Source: Octopus sinensis (taxonomy: Eukaryota). From it: DNA of 25,119 nt. The notes beneath the pieces are model-generated. The model ran no database searches. It saw nothing but the letters and a program-made list of their open reading frames with translations, and had not been told where the DNA came from. Where the stretch lies: assembly GCF_006345805.1 (NCBI RefSeq), contig NW_021836244.1, forward strand, positions 1 through 25,119, written 5' to 3'. Shown one piece after another: positions 1-10,320 of this stretch. Positions within the stretch are counted from its first letter, which is position 1. Each line of letters starts with the position of its first letter. Both the position numbers and the translations under genes were made by a program.

Positions 1-161
1 ATACGTATATATATATATATAATATATATTTATAATACATACATACATACATACATACATACGTATATATATATATATATATATACATGTATATATGTAT
101 GTATGTATGTATGTATATATATCCATATGGATGTTTATGTGGCTGGGTGTGTTTGGTGTTC

Positions 162-201
<40 letters not shown>
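1..201. repeat. Compound microsatellite (AT)n/(ATAC)n/(GTAT)n followed by (GT)n
   Basis: Seen directly; (GT)n at about 164-201; edges approximate. Confidence 0.95.
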
Positions 202-202
<1 letters not shown>

Positions 203-442
203 TGTAAGTGATTATGTGTGTGATAGCAACATGCAATATCTCTACTTGCTTATATAATTATGTGATTGTATGTGAATATGCATACGGATTTGCGGTAATT
301 CGCTCATGCCCATACAAACTCATTCAATCATGTGTATGTATGCGTATATATATATATATATATATGGATACACACTTTTACACATACACACTCACGCATA
401 TATATATTTATATATACAAACACTTACACAGACGTTCACGCC

Positions 443-670
443 TATTCTTTTTTTTACTGTTTCAGTTATTAGCCTGCGGTCAAACTGGGCAGCGTTTAAA
501 AGCGTTTAGTCGATCATAATGATCTAAGTACTTATCATTTGTTTTTAAAGTCTAATACTTATTTTATCGATCCTGATTCGTTTATGATATATAACTGGGC
601 ATAATATAAACAATACTGCTTTGTTCCGTTGTGAATAAAATGCACACACTGACACAGATACACAAAGACA
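443..670 (-). mobile_element. Diverged SINE 3' half (family with ...GACTGAAACAAGTAAAAGA-like tail)
   Basis: The reverse complement of 443-500 (GCTGCCCAGTTTGACCGCAGGCTAATAACTGAAACAGTAAAA) aligns to 14190-14243 (GGTGCCCTAGCATGGCCGCTGTTCATTGACTGAAACAATTAAAA). It also carries the TACTTATTTTATCGA core motif shared with the other SINEs. Confidence 0.55.
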
Positions 671-707
671 CAAATATTTATAATAGACGAGCTTACATAC
701 ACTTGGC

Positions 708-732
708 ATATATATGCATGTATGTACATGTG

Positions 733-772
<40 letters not shown>

Positions 773-803
773 TATATTATATATATATATATATATATTT
801 AAT

Positions 804-850
<47 letters not shown>
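708..850. repeat. (AT)n microsatellite
   Basis: Seen directly; edges approximate. Confidence 0.95.
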
Positions 851-853
<3 letters not shown>

Positions 854-878
854 ATAGATAATTTATATATTATATATA

Positions 879-1397
879 CAGTATTGTGGCAAAAGTCTTC
901 GGCCATTTTAAACTGTTGTAAATTTCCATTAAGTGCCCACTTTTAATTGGCTGTTTCGCATTGCGCTTTTTTTACTGACGAAACGTTGGCCCTGTTGAAG
1001 TCATTTCTCCATACCTAATCATTATGTTTGGTAGTAGGGGTTCTGAATGAGAGGGGAATATTCTAGACGATTACCAAAAATGGCTGTGGAAAAGTTTTTG
1101 CCACTTCACACGAACCAATCAAGATACAGTGTTTTAAAAGTGAAAGATGTTTATAATGAAAAATTGTTTCATATTGTTGATTTCAAGAAATTATTGTACA
1201 TTGTTGGTATTTCCTGTGGCTTGCCTTAGCTCGAGTAAATGCTTCAATGCGCCTAGGAAGAGATGCGTAGTACAAATCCTTCACCATCTTCACATGTATG
1301 AATGAGATGCCATTCTCTGTTGCTAAACTCCCACAACTCTGCAAGATTTATTCTTCTGATGAACTTTTCTCTTTAGTTCTGTCCATATGGATAGATT
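879..1397 (-). mobile_element. Tc1-family DNA transposon fossil: 3' end with IR/DR-type terminal repeat and C-terminal transposase remnant
   Basis: The terminus is TA|CAGTATTGTGGCAAAAGTCTTCGGCCA (TA then CAGT, typical of Tc1). An inner repeat TGTGGAAAAGTTTTTGCCACTT lies at 1085-1106. Minus strand 1397-1204 translates, with frameshifts, as NLSIWTELKRKVHQKN-NLAELWEFSNREWHLIHT..VKMVKDLYYASLPRRIEAFTRAKASHRKY, matching the Tc1 C-terminal pattern ENLW.ELKR.V...NL.ELW...EW......SMPRRI.AVI.AKG..TKY. Confidence 0.85.
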
Positions 1398-2364
1398 TAG
1401 ATATATATATATAGAAAATATGTATACGCTGACTTATATATATTATATGTTTACTGATACATGGGAGTATATATAAATATACTTGTAAGTATATAAAAAT
1501 ATATACTTGTATACATACACATGTGCATAAATCGAACACACTCACACACATTGAGCGCGCGCGCACACAAAAACACAGACACACAGACACACACACGCAT
1601 ATTGGGAGGTTCGGCTCGCCCGGACTGAAGGAAATAACCCACAGTGTACTTAACTGACACAAATGCCCTGCTCTTATAATTATGAAGCTAGGCTTTAAAT
1701 AATCCTAACACCAGCTCTGCATTAATTTTTCACACCTCATGAGTTTGGTTACTTTTTAACCTACATTTCCACTTGCTAATAACTACTTTATTTCGCATTT
1801 CATTTATTAATCAAAGAGGTGTTCATATTTCTAAATGCTCTTGAGCCACCAAAATTCGAATGGTCCAGATTAAATGCGAATCTATGTGATGTGAAAATAT
1901 AAGACTATCCGTGAGATATCCCGATTCTGGCACCAATGTTGAGCTATCATTTTCTGAGGGAGAAGCACTTTCCTATCTCATGAAAACATCTGTGATTTTC
2001 TTAGTTTTTTTAAACTTTAGCGACAATTTTTGTCGGTGTCAACATAAACCAGTTTGACGTAAGAGCATCAATAGCCAGTTGTTTTAATTTATCAGGCAAT
2101 CAAATGATTTCGGGTTCAGTTCCACAACGCGTTTCATATTAAGTCACATCTCAAACATTCGTCAAATTAATTCAGGTGTATTCAACGGATTTGTCCTACG
2201 ACTCACGCTTTTCCAGTTTTTTTTATCGACGTGATAACCTTTATTGGCATTAATGTTAATGATACCACAACTTAGTGGTCTCACATCTAAGGACGTCACA
2301 AACGTTTTTTGCAATCAAAGCGACCCAACTTGGATTGCACAATGAGGGTAAAAAATATCTTCTT

Positions 2365-2663
2365 CCAGCTTCCCATCTGGTGAACCAATTTCCCAGTGGA
2401 TTGTCAGGAATCTTCGTGGATGAGCTCATTCAGTTGATCTTCATTGAATGGAACAAATCAGCCGGGACACGGAGGGTGTGTGAGGTCGAATTTCCCCTCC
2501 TTCAAAACCATTTCTAAGCACTTCTTTTAGTTAAAGAGACTTCTTAGAACATTGCGCAAATGTCTCGGGCGGCTTTTTCAGTTCAAGGACCTTGACTGAA
2601 AGCAAAGGGAAACAGCTGTTGAAAATGTTGATTTGTATTTCTTACTTGGCACACTGTTGTCAT
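2365..2663 (-). pseudogene. Mariner transposase N-terminal (HTH DNA-binding) fossil
   Basis: Minus-strand translation: MTTVCQVRNTNQHFQQLFPFAFSQGP*TEKAARDICAMF*EVSLTKRSA*KWF, frameshift, then KEGKFDLTHPPCPG*FVPFNEDQLNELIHEDS*QSTGKLVHQM. This matches the mariner pattern EHFRH.LLF.F..G..A..AAR.IC..YG....R....WF..FK.G.FDL.D.PRSGRP..FDE..L..L..E.PRQT.RELA..M. There are multiple stops and no TIR was identified. Confidence 0.85.
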
Positions 2664-2776
2664 ATTTCCCAAAACGGTAAGCAAAAATAGTGGAGGAAGA
2701 AAAAAGTAGCAAACATCCATAGAAAATGTTTACGTGCTAATTCAAATAACATTGGAAAGAAACGAACGAATATATA

Positions 2777-2877
2777 TTTGTGTGTGTGTGCGCGCGCGTG
2801 TGAGTGTGTGTGCGCGCGCGCATGTGAGTGTGTGTGTGTGTAAGTATGTATTGTATGTATATATTTATATATATAGT

Positions 2878-2926
<49 letters not shown>

Positions 2927-2927
2927 C
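2777..2927. repeat. (GT)n/(GC)n/(AT)n compound microsatellite
   Basis: Seen directly; edges approximate. Confidence 0.9.
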
Positions 2928-3104
2928 TTACATATAAGAGACCAAAGTGTACGTGTGCCGCTATATATATATATACATATGTACGAATGCATAGTTCATA
3001 CATATATATATAGGGTGCCTGAGAATCTACACATCTGTACATAGACAAACATTCACACACACACACACACGAGTCGCTTCCATTGCTTTCTATATAACTT
3101 TCTC

Positions 3105-3106
<2 letters not shown>

Positions 3107-3149
<43 letters not shown>
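3107..3149. repeat. (GT)n microsatellite
   Basis: Seen directly. Confidence 0.95.
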
Positions 3150-3150
<1 letters not shown>

Positions 3151-5494
3151 ATGTGCGTGTTAGCAATGTATGCAGCTTCTTCATTGCATACTTCTGGTCA
3201 TCGTCTTCACGAAATATCACCGCCGTCACTCAGTTTTTAACCCACTATGAATGGGTCCTGAGCTGTACTTAAAAGTTCCTTCTTTCCATATACGAGTACA
3301 TCGTTTCAATTGGTCCATCCGTTTTACTTTAGCAAACTGGAGAAAATTCTCCTCAATATTTACCTATTTGATAGCAATAATAATTAAATTTCAGCCGACG
3401 AATCGTATTTAATCTCTATCGTATACATTTCGAAGTTAATAAACTCATAAAATTCTGAAATATGTTCATGTAATTGAAATTTTATGATTTTTATTAGCAA
3501 CGGAATATATGAGGAATTGATTAAATACGTTTCCACAGTTGAATTTTAATTATCATTTCTATGATGTAACTGAAAACGGAACAGCATGCTTTTCGCCATT
3601 ACTAAAGTAAAAACAGCATGTATCAATAAATATGGCGTTATAAAATGACTGAGTTTATATATATATGTTCCATTATTTTGCTGCTGTACGAACAAGTAAA
3701 ACTATAAAAAAAAAAGTCATGCTTGACCTGCTAGAAATAGCAACTAACCATATGTGAGTTGATAGATGTATCTGCAAGTGGAAAGTAAGGTATAAACAAA
3801 GTCTGAATAGCACAAGCTTCTATATGGAAACAACCAGGTATTTCTTGCGTATATTTTAATACAGAGCATTTTTTTAAATATGACGGGATATGTGAAGTTA
3901 AATAGTATGTTGTATAAGGTCGAGATTGATAGCCCAGATTGAAGCTCTGCTGAATGACTTTATGCATATAAAAGTATGTCCCCTCAATTGATATTTGCTA
4001 CTGATGACACGCAAAGAAGCAGACATCGGGAATTAGAGATTCCACCATCTCCGCTGGACGTTTTTCGAATGCGACTGATACACTTCTGTGCCTTTTAGTA
4101 TTATATGTCTATAGGAGAAGCTCTCTAAAGACGAACAGTGTAGTTTTGGGGCTTTCTATAATATATCCATGCTAAATAAGGCACCCAGAAATATGTGTAA
4201 CTGTGTGTAATGATCGCCAAATGTATCGTGTAATTGGTAATTGGATTAGCTATAAGTTTGGTGGAAGCTGCGTTTGAAGATAAGGTGTGGAAGACTACAT
4301 GTTGATAACTTCAGGATTCTTGAAATAAATTATCAGAAGAAATGGTTCATAATTAACATAGCTTTTATGTAACAGTTATGAAATTTAATCACAACTTCTT
4401 CGAGTCCAAAAGTATTTTACAAATGTTAGCTTGTTAGAGAACCTCTTGACATTGTAATTATGGAAGGCTTACTCTTAATTTGTATGGGAGGAGGCAAGTA
4501 TAACCGCACGCGCGTGATTTGCTATCGAAGGTAAGTTTACCTGTAATCAGAGAGAGAGAAAGAAAGAGAATGAAACAAACAGATAGAGAGAATTAGTGAA
4601 AAAGAAAGAGGAAAAGTAAATTGTGAACGAAATTAGACTGATACTGTGTAGAAGTCCGTCACATAGATTGTATGTTATTCAGAGATCACAGCCTTGACAC
4701 ACGACGTTTCATGCCGTCAGAGGGATGTTCATTAAGGGAACGCGTGTTTATTTAATTTTTAAATTGCTGAGAATATTCAGTTATTTACATGCTAATTCCA
4801 TAAGTAGTTATTTCGGTTTATCGCAGAATTAGCCTTGTGTTTTACATTTTTATATCCTAGTTACTAGTCTTAACCATACAACTTGTACCTCTCCTTACAC
4901 TTTCTCTATCCTGATCGCTAAAATTCCACTATATATGTTTTGGGGTTTTTTTTCAACTTTGCGTCTTATTTCCGCATTATCAACAACTTGCAATCCTATC
5001 CAATGGTTATTGACGTCATTATTTCTCTTCCGTTTCCCTTCATATTCATTTCAGAATTTAATCCAAACATACATCGTGTATTTTCCCTGCTTCCACGTCG
5101 TGCGTTTTACCCTAAGGTTTCTTGATTTTTGTTTCCTTTCTTTTTCATTTTAATAGGTTTTATTTGATTTCATCATAAGTAGGCTTACACGTTTTCTTTT
5201 TAATATATTTTCTGAAATACATCTTTTTTCTACTTTTGCATTTTCTCCGCCCCTGTCACTGATATTCCACTATATATCCTTGATCTTTGTCTCATCTCCA
5301 TTGTATTGATTGAGTAAAAGTTGTATCTATTCACCGTTCATACTACTAAGTAAGTGGATCTGTCTCAAAGTGTTGAAACTTCAAAATTTCGTAAGTGAAA
5401 GAGAGCTGATGAAGGCTAAATTTAGCCGTTTTTTTTTGTTCCGTCTGTTACGTGTTGTATCTATTGTACTCACTACTGGTGCATATACATATCT

Positions 5495-5635
5495 CTACCA
5501 ACCTACTTGCCTACCTGCCTGCCTGTCTACCTATTTACCTACCTACCTATCTACCTACATACATACATACATACATACATACATACATACATACATACAT
5601 TCATACATACATACATACATACATACATACATACA

Positions 5636-5666
<31 letters not shown>

Positions 5667-5764
5667 GTACATACATACATACGTACATACGTACATACAT
5701 ACATACTTATCTACCTACCTACCTATCTTCCTACTTACCTACTTACCTATCTACGTATCTACCT
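5495..5764. repeat. (TACC)n/(TACA)n compound tetranucleotide microsatellite
   Basis: Seen directly; it explains the ORFs 5310..5810, 5452..5829 and 5507..5791. Confidence 0.95.
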
Positions 5765-5994
5765 GTTTCTTTATTGCCCGCAAGGGGCTAAACATAGAGG
5801 GGTCAAATAAGGAGAGACAAACGGATTAAGTCGATTACATCGACCCCAATGTGTAACTGGTACTTAATTTATCGACACCGAAAGGATAAAAGCAAAGTTG
5901 ACCTGGGCGGAATTTGAACTCAGAACGTAACGGCAGACGAAATACGGCTACGCATTTCGCCCGGCGTGCTAACGTTTCTGCCAGCTCGCCGCCT
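5765..5994 (-). mobile_element. Full-length tRNA-derived SINE, family A with tail type 1
   Basis: The sense strand starts AGGCGGCGAGCTGGCAGAAACGTTAG (A-box-like) and has the B-box GAGTTCAAATTCC. The core is GTCAACTTTGCTTTTATCCTTTCGGTGTCGATAAATTAAGTACCAG and the tail is ...TTTAGCCCCTTGCGGGCAATAAAGAAAC. A possible TSD is TATC(T/A)ACCT at 5756-5764/5994-6002. Near-identical copies lie at 7455-7687 and 11678-12272. Confidence 0.9.
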
Positions 5995-6761
5995 ATCAAC
6001 CTACCAACCAACTGTGTGTGAGACAGAAAGTATGTATGTACCCGTGTATGTGTATTTTATGATTCCTCTGCGGACGAAACACCATATTGCAATAAACTCC
6101 AACGCGGTTGTTTTGTTTCGTCATAACATTTGATGACATATTTAATAAACTCTATTGAATTACAGACGTTAAAATAGTTGAATGTATTAGATCTTTCGGT
6201 TATAATTGGATGGTGGAGAACTGTCCATTCCTGACCACTTTCGGCGGTACGGAATACATCCGCTGTCCGTTTTACGTTGTTCTATAATGGAAGGGAATCT
6301 TCTGTCGTTTGGAGCTGCTCTTTTTCTCTAAGAATGCTAGCCATCTTCACCTGTTTGAAAACGGTTTAATGCATTTGTTTTCCTCCATCCAAAGTGAGAT
6401 CCTATTGAAAGCACCACAAGGTCCATAAATCTTTTGGGTTATAACTATACTTAAAAGTACTTTCTTGTAGTAAGCGTCTGAAAAGTCTAGAGATACATGT
6501 CAATTTGTTTGGAATGAATCTTATTTGTATTAATTGGATTGGATTATATTGCCTATATTCAGTCCACTACTGCACAAAGGAGGCTTCAGTATGTTCCCTC
6601 CACCGACCATGAGCAGAGCATGAATTTGATGAGCAGAGCATGAATTTGAACTTGAGATCATACTGGTTTTATAAACCTACTCAGCCGCACAGGTTTGGCA
6701 GAAGGGTGCAGTTTCTATACTCTTACGCAAGAGTAGTTAGTTATTTATGCGATACCAGCCA

Positions 6762-6884
6762 CAACTAGTACTTATTTTATCGACCCGAAAGGATGAAAGA
6801 CAAGTCGACCTCCGCTGAATTTGAACTCAAAACATAAAGACGCGTGAAATACCGGTCTGCTAACAACTCTGCCAGTTAACGCCT
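6762..6884 (-). mobile_element. Diverged family A SINE fragment (head plus core)
   Basis: TTTATCGACCCGAAAGGATGAAAGACAAGTCGACCTCCGCTGAATTTGAACTCA..GCTAACAACTCTGCCAG aligns to 5868-5994 with deletions. Confidence 0.8.
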
Positions 6885-6930
6885 TCTTATTTGCCAACCA
6901 GCTCAAAATGTATGCATGTGGTAGGCCTTA

Positions 6931-7226
6931 TATTCTTTTTTACTCCAGGCAACAGGCCCGAAATTTTTGAGGAGGGGCAAGTCGATTAGATTGCTCCTAG
7001 TACGCAACTGGTACTTAATTTATCGACCCCGAAACGACATCGGCGGAATTTGAACTCAGAACATAAAGACAGATGAAATACCTATTTCTTTACTTCCCAC
7101 AAGGGCAGTAAAGAGGGGACACACAGAGGGGACAAACAAGGACAGAGACAAACGGATTAAGTCGATTATATCGACCCTAGTGCGTAACTGGTACTTATTT
7201 AATCGTCCCCGAAAGGATGAAAGGCA
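6931..7226 (-). mobile_element. Family A SINE heterodimer: 5'-truncated tail-type-1 unit (7082-7226) joined to a headless tail-type-2 body (6931-7081)
   Basis: Shared core motifs. The junction GAAATAC|CTATTTCTTTAC is at 7081/7082. The type-2 tail is (plus strand) TACTCCAGGCAACAGGCCCGAAATTTTTGAGGAGGGGCAAGTCGATT. Confidence 0.8.
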
Positions 7227-7228
7227 TC

Positions 7229-7252
7229 TTATTATTATTATTACTATTATTA

Positions 7253-7286
<34 letters not shown>
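7229..7286. repeat. (ATT)n microsatellite, probably the (AAT)n tail of the adjacent tail-type-3 SINE
   Basis: Seen directly; it abuts the 3' end of the minus-strand SINE body at 7287. Confidence 0.9.
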
Positions 7287-7288
<2 letters not shown>

Positions 7289-7687
7289 TGGTTTTCAAAT
7301 TTTACCACAAGGACAGCAGTTTGGTAGGAGGGGATGAGTCGATTACATCGACTCCAGTGTTTCACTGGTACTTAATTTATCGATCCCGAAATGTTGAAAA
7401 GCAAAGTCGACCTCGGCGGAATTTTAATTCAAAATATAGCGACGGGAGAAATACCTATTTCTTTACTACTCACAAGGGGCTAAACACAGAGAGGACAAAT
7501 AAGGACAGACAAACGGAATAAGTCGATTTTATGAACCCTAGTGCGTAACTGATACTTATTTAATCGACCCCGAAAGGATGAAAGGCAAAGTCGACCTGGG
7601 CGGAATTTGAACTCAGAACGTAACGGCAGACGAAATACGGCTACGCATTTCGCCCGGCGTGCTAACGATACTGCCAGCTCGTCGCCT
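7287..7687 (-). mobile_element. Family A SINE heterodimer: head plus tail-type-1 unit (7455-7687) joined to a headless tail-type-3 body (7287-7454)
   Basis: The junction GAAATAC|CTATTTCTTTAC is at 7454/7455. The type-3 tail is (plus strand) TTGGTTTTCAAATTTTACCACAAGGACAGCAGTTTGGTAGGAGGGGATGAGTCGATT. Confidence 0.85.
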
Positions 7688-7752
7688 TTATTATATATCA
7701 GTACCAATGACGGGAGGAGAGTTAGATTATATGGTACTGGAAAAAGAAAGGG

Positions 7753-7760
7753 AAAAAAAA
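7753..7760 (-). terminator. Pol III oligo-T terminator (T8) of tRNA-Ala
   Basis: A8 on the plus strand gives T8 on the minus strand, starting 15 nt after the tRNA discriminator. T>=4 runs are known Pol III terminators. Confidence 0.8.
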
Positions 7761-7775
7761 CACATGACATTAGAA

Positions 7776-7848
7776 TGGAGAATCCGGGTATCGATCCCGG
7801 TACCTCTCACATGCTAAGCGAGCGCTCTACCATCTGAGCTAATTCCCC
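7776..7848 (-). tRNA. tRNA-Ala, anticodon AGC (IGC), intronless, 73 nt
   Basis: GGGGAATTAGCTCAGATGGTAGAGCGCTCGCTTAGCATGTGAGAGGTACCGGGATCGATACCCGGATTCTCCA. The acceptor stem has 7 bp with the G3:U70 Ala determinant. The D stem is GCTC/GAGC, the anticodon arm is CTCGC-TTAGCAT-GTGAG, and the T arm is CCGGG-ATCGATA-CCCGG (A54, usual for metazoan tRNA-Ala). Discriminator A73. Confidence 0.97.
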
Positions 7849-8364
7849 GACTGTACCTGCTCTCGCTTATTACATTACATTGTATCATTCACGAACAAAA
7901 GAACTGTCTGTGTGTATAACTTACGTGTATAAATATATATTAAACACACAGATACACACAAATACACATATAACATGTACTTCATTCTACGTCCAATTCT
8001 CTCTGCTGGCATATTATACAATAAGTAATAACACGCAAATGTGAACAGTTAATATATTGTTACAAAAGCCAAATATATAAACTAGCAAGCTCGATTGTTA
8101 TGCTGCACTGGGGAAACATATATAAAATTGATTTAGCTCCGGCTGATCTGAAAAGGGCAAAGGAAAAGATACCCAGAAAAATTTGCAACGCCTAGATATA
8201 CGCATGTAATTTATCGAATGGGACGCTCGAAGTCTTGGCAGAGCGAAATGCGGCCTTACAATAACTAAATTAACATCCCGGTTCTGCAGTATGTTTTGCG
8301 TCGTTACTATATTTCGTACGTTTGGAATGAGTGTTCTCACTGACCTCTTTTAATATGCTTATCC

Positions 8365-8392
8365 TTATATATATATATATATATACATACAT

Positions 8393-8440
<48 letters not shown>

Positions 8441-8480
8441 TATATATGTATATGTATGTATATATGTATATATATGTATA

Positions 8481-8561
<81 letters not shown>

Positions 8562-8562
8562 T
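8365..8562. repeat. (AT)n microsatellite with interruptions
   Basis: Seen directly; edges approximate. Confidence 0.95.
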
Positions 8563-8643
8563 GAAATTTTAAATTTAGTTCACGGAACCCCAGTACTAAC
8601 TTTGTGAACCACCAGGGGTCTGTGGTCTAAGGAATAGAAATAT

Positions 8644-8684
8644 ATAATAATAATAATAATAATAATAACAACAACAACAACAAC

Positions 8685-8748
<64 letters not shown>
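8644..8748. repeat. (AAT)n/(AAC)n trinucleotide microsatellite
   Basis: Seen directly. Confidence 0.95.
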
Positions 8749-8753
<5 letters not shown>

Positions 8754-9204
8754 TAATATATGGCGGATGATGTAACAGAAGTAATATAACCGAGAAGAGA
8801 CTATTTATGAAATATAATCATTACATATTTGCTTTATCCCTTGTTGAGCAAAATAGTGCATTGGAACAGTAACGGACCAATCGTAAAGAGGTCGTTTAAT
8901 CGAAGTCATGCCCTGCTAATAAATGGAAACTAATTTTTTTACATGTATACATCGCCACTGAATTGTCTACAAATGTATCCATCATATATGTGTAAAAAGA
9001 AGCGTTGTACTTTGATTGAAGCATTATCATACAGAAGTAAAATCGCAAATAATGGAGAGCTTCTCAGAATGCGAAAGGAGAAAGTTATATAATCTTGATA
9101 TATTTCAAGTACAAAGGCCCATCATCAGAGGTGAAAGTCTTAGAAATGTAAGTTTATAGTAACTACTGCCATTTTGAATGCTGAACAGGCAGTGACCCTG
9201 CTTA

Positions 9205-9311
<107 letters not shown>

Positions 9312-9867
9312 TGAGTGGTGTAGTTATTGAGACTCACATACAGCACTTGAAGTTTCTGAGTCAACGATACGATGATCGCTGCACTTTTGTAGCTGTAGAG
9401 AGTCCGGTGCTCTTACACGACCAATTACAAACACGATGCTAAACGCATCGGACATGCGAGAGCGGGCGAAGCCTAAACATTCTGAAACTTTAATAACTTG
9501 CTACTAAAGTACTATTTTTTAGTTATAACTTGATATAAGAATCAAACATTGATATACATATATATATATATATACGTGTGTGTGAGTATGTACGTATATT
9601 GTTCTCACAGATGTTCTGTGATGCATCATAAGATGTGTCTTGGGATCTAGGTCTTTCAACATCAAAACCCCTCCCTCGCACAATTATATACAACTCTATA
9701 CATATCTCAGTATTAATTCGCAAAATATTAATAAACTCGACGTTAGAATTGAAGATACGTATCCCGCAAAAGCCCCTCCATGGGATCGAACCAGCTTCCA
9801 CGTAGCAGAAAAACAAGCATCTTAGGAACACAACCAGACTTACTTACACTGTTGTTCATGCCTTTTT

Positions 9868-10320
9868 GTTTGTGTGTATGTGTGTGTATGTGTGTCTGTG
9901 TTTATGTGTGTGTATGTGTGTCTGTGTGTCTGTGTCTGTGTGTGTGTGTGCTTTACTTTATCTTTCTGTATTCTTCAGGGTCTTCATTACTATATTCCAC
10001 GTTTGTCTATCTTTTACACTCTCACTTTCTCCTTTTCTTTCTTATTTCTTTCTTTCTTTCTTTCTTCTTCTTCTTCTTTTTCTTCTTCTTCTTCTTCCTC
10101 TCCTCCGCCTCTCCCTCCTCCGTCTTCTCCTCCTCTTTCTCCCCCTCTTTCTCCTCACCCTCCTCCTATCACTACCACTACTTTTACTCGATTTTCTCGA
10201 CGGTTTTTATCTTTCCCGCTATCAATACAGCCACCAGCGTCATTATCATCGTCGCCATCGTCAGCATCGTTTTCGACGTCATCATCGTCATCTCCGTCAT
10301 CTGCGCCTTTCCCACCGCTG
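9868..10320. repeat. Low-complexity block: (GT)n, (TTTC)n/(TTC)n/(TCC)n pyrimidine tract, degenerate (CAT/CGT)n
   Basis: Seen directly; it explains three overlapping ORFs in all three plus frames. Confidence 0.85.

Noticed and set aside
4528-4536. Consensus splice donor AAG|GTAAGT
   Set aside because: No matching acceptor or coding frame could be supported upstream.
6060-6350. Minus-strand stretch open for about 100 codons apart from one TAG, after a CAG|G acceptor-like site
   Set aside because: It has an in-frame stop, no recognisable motif and no supporting donor site.
6609-6648. Perfect 20-bp tandem duplication ATGAGCAGAGCATGAATTTG x2
   Set aside because: Only two copies, next to a degraded minus-strand SINE-head-like sequence; an ordinary slippage duplication, not CRISPR-like.
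8575-8630. GTTCACGGAACCCC..CCAGGGGTCTGTGG, reminiscent of a hAT MITE end
   Set aside because: It is too short and degraded, with no TIR pair or 8-bp TSD.
9770-9845. tRNA-like B-box GGTTCGATCCC on the minus strand
   Set aside because: No acceptor stem, A-box or anticodon arm can be folded; at best it is a degraded SINE head.
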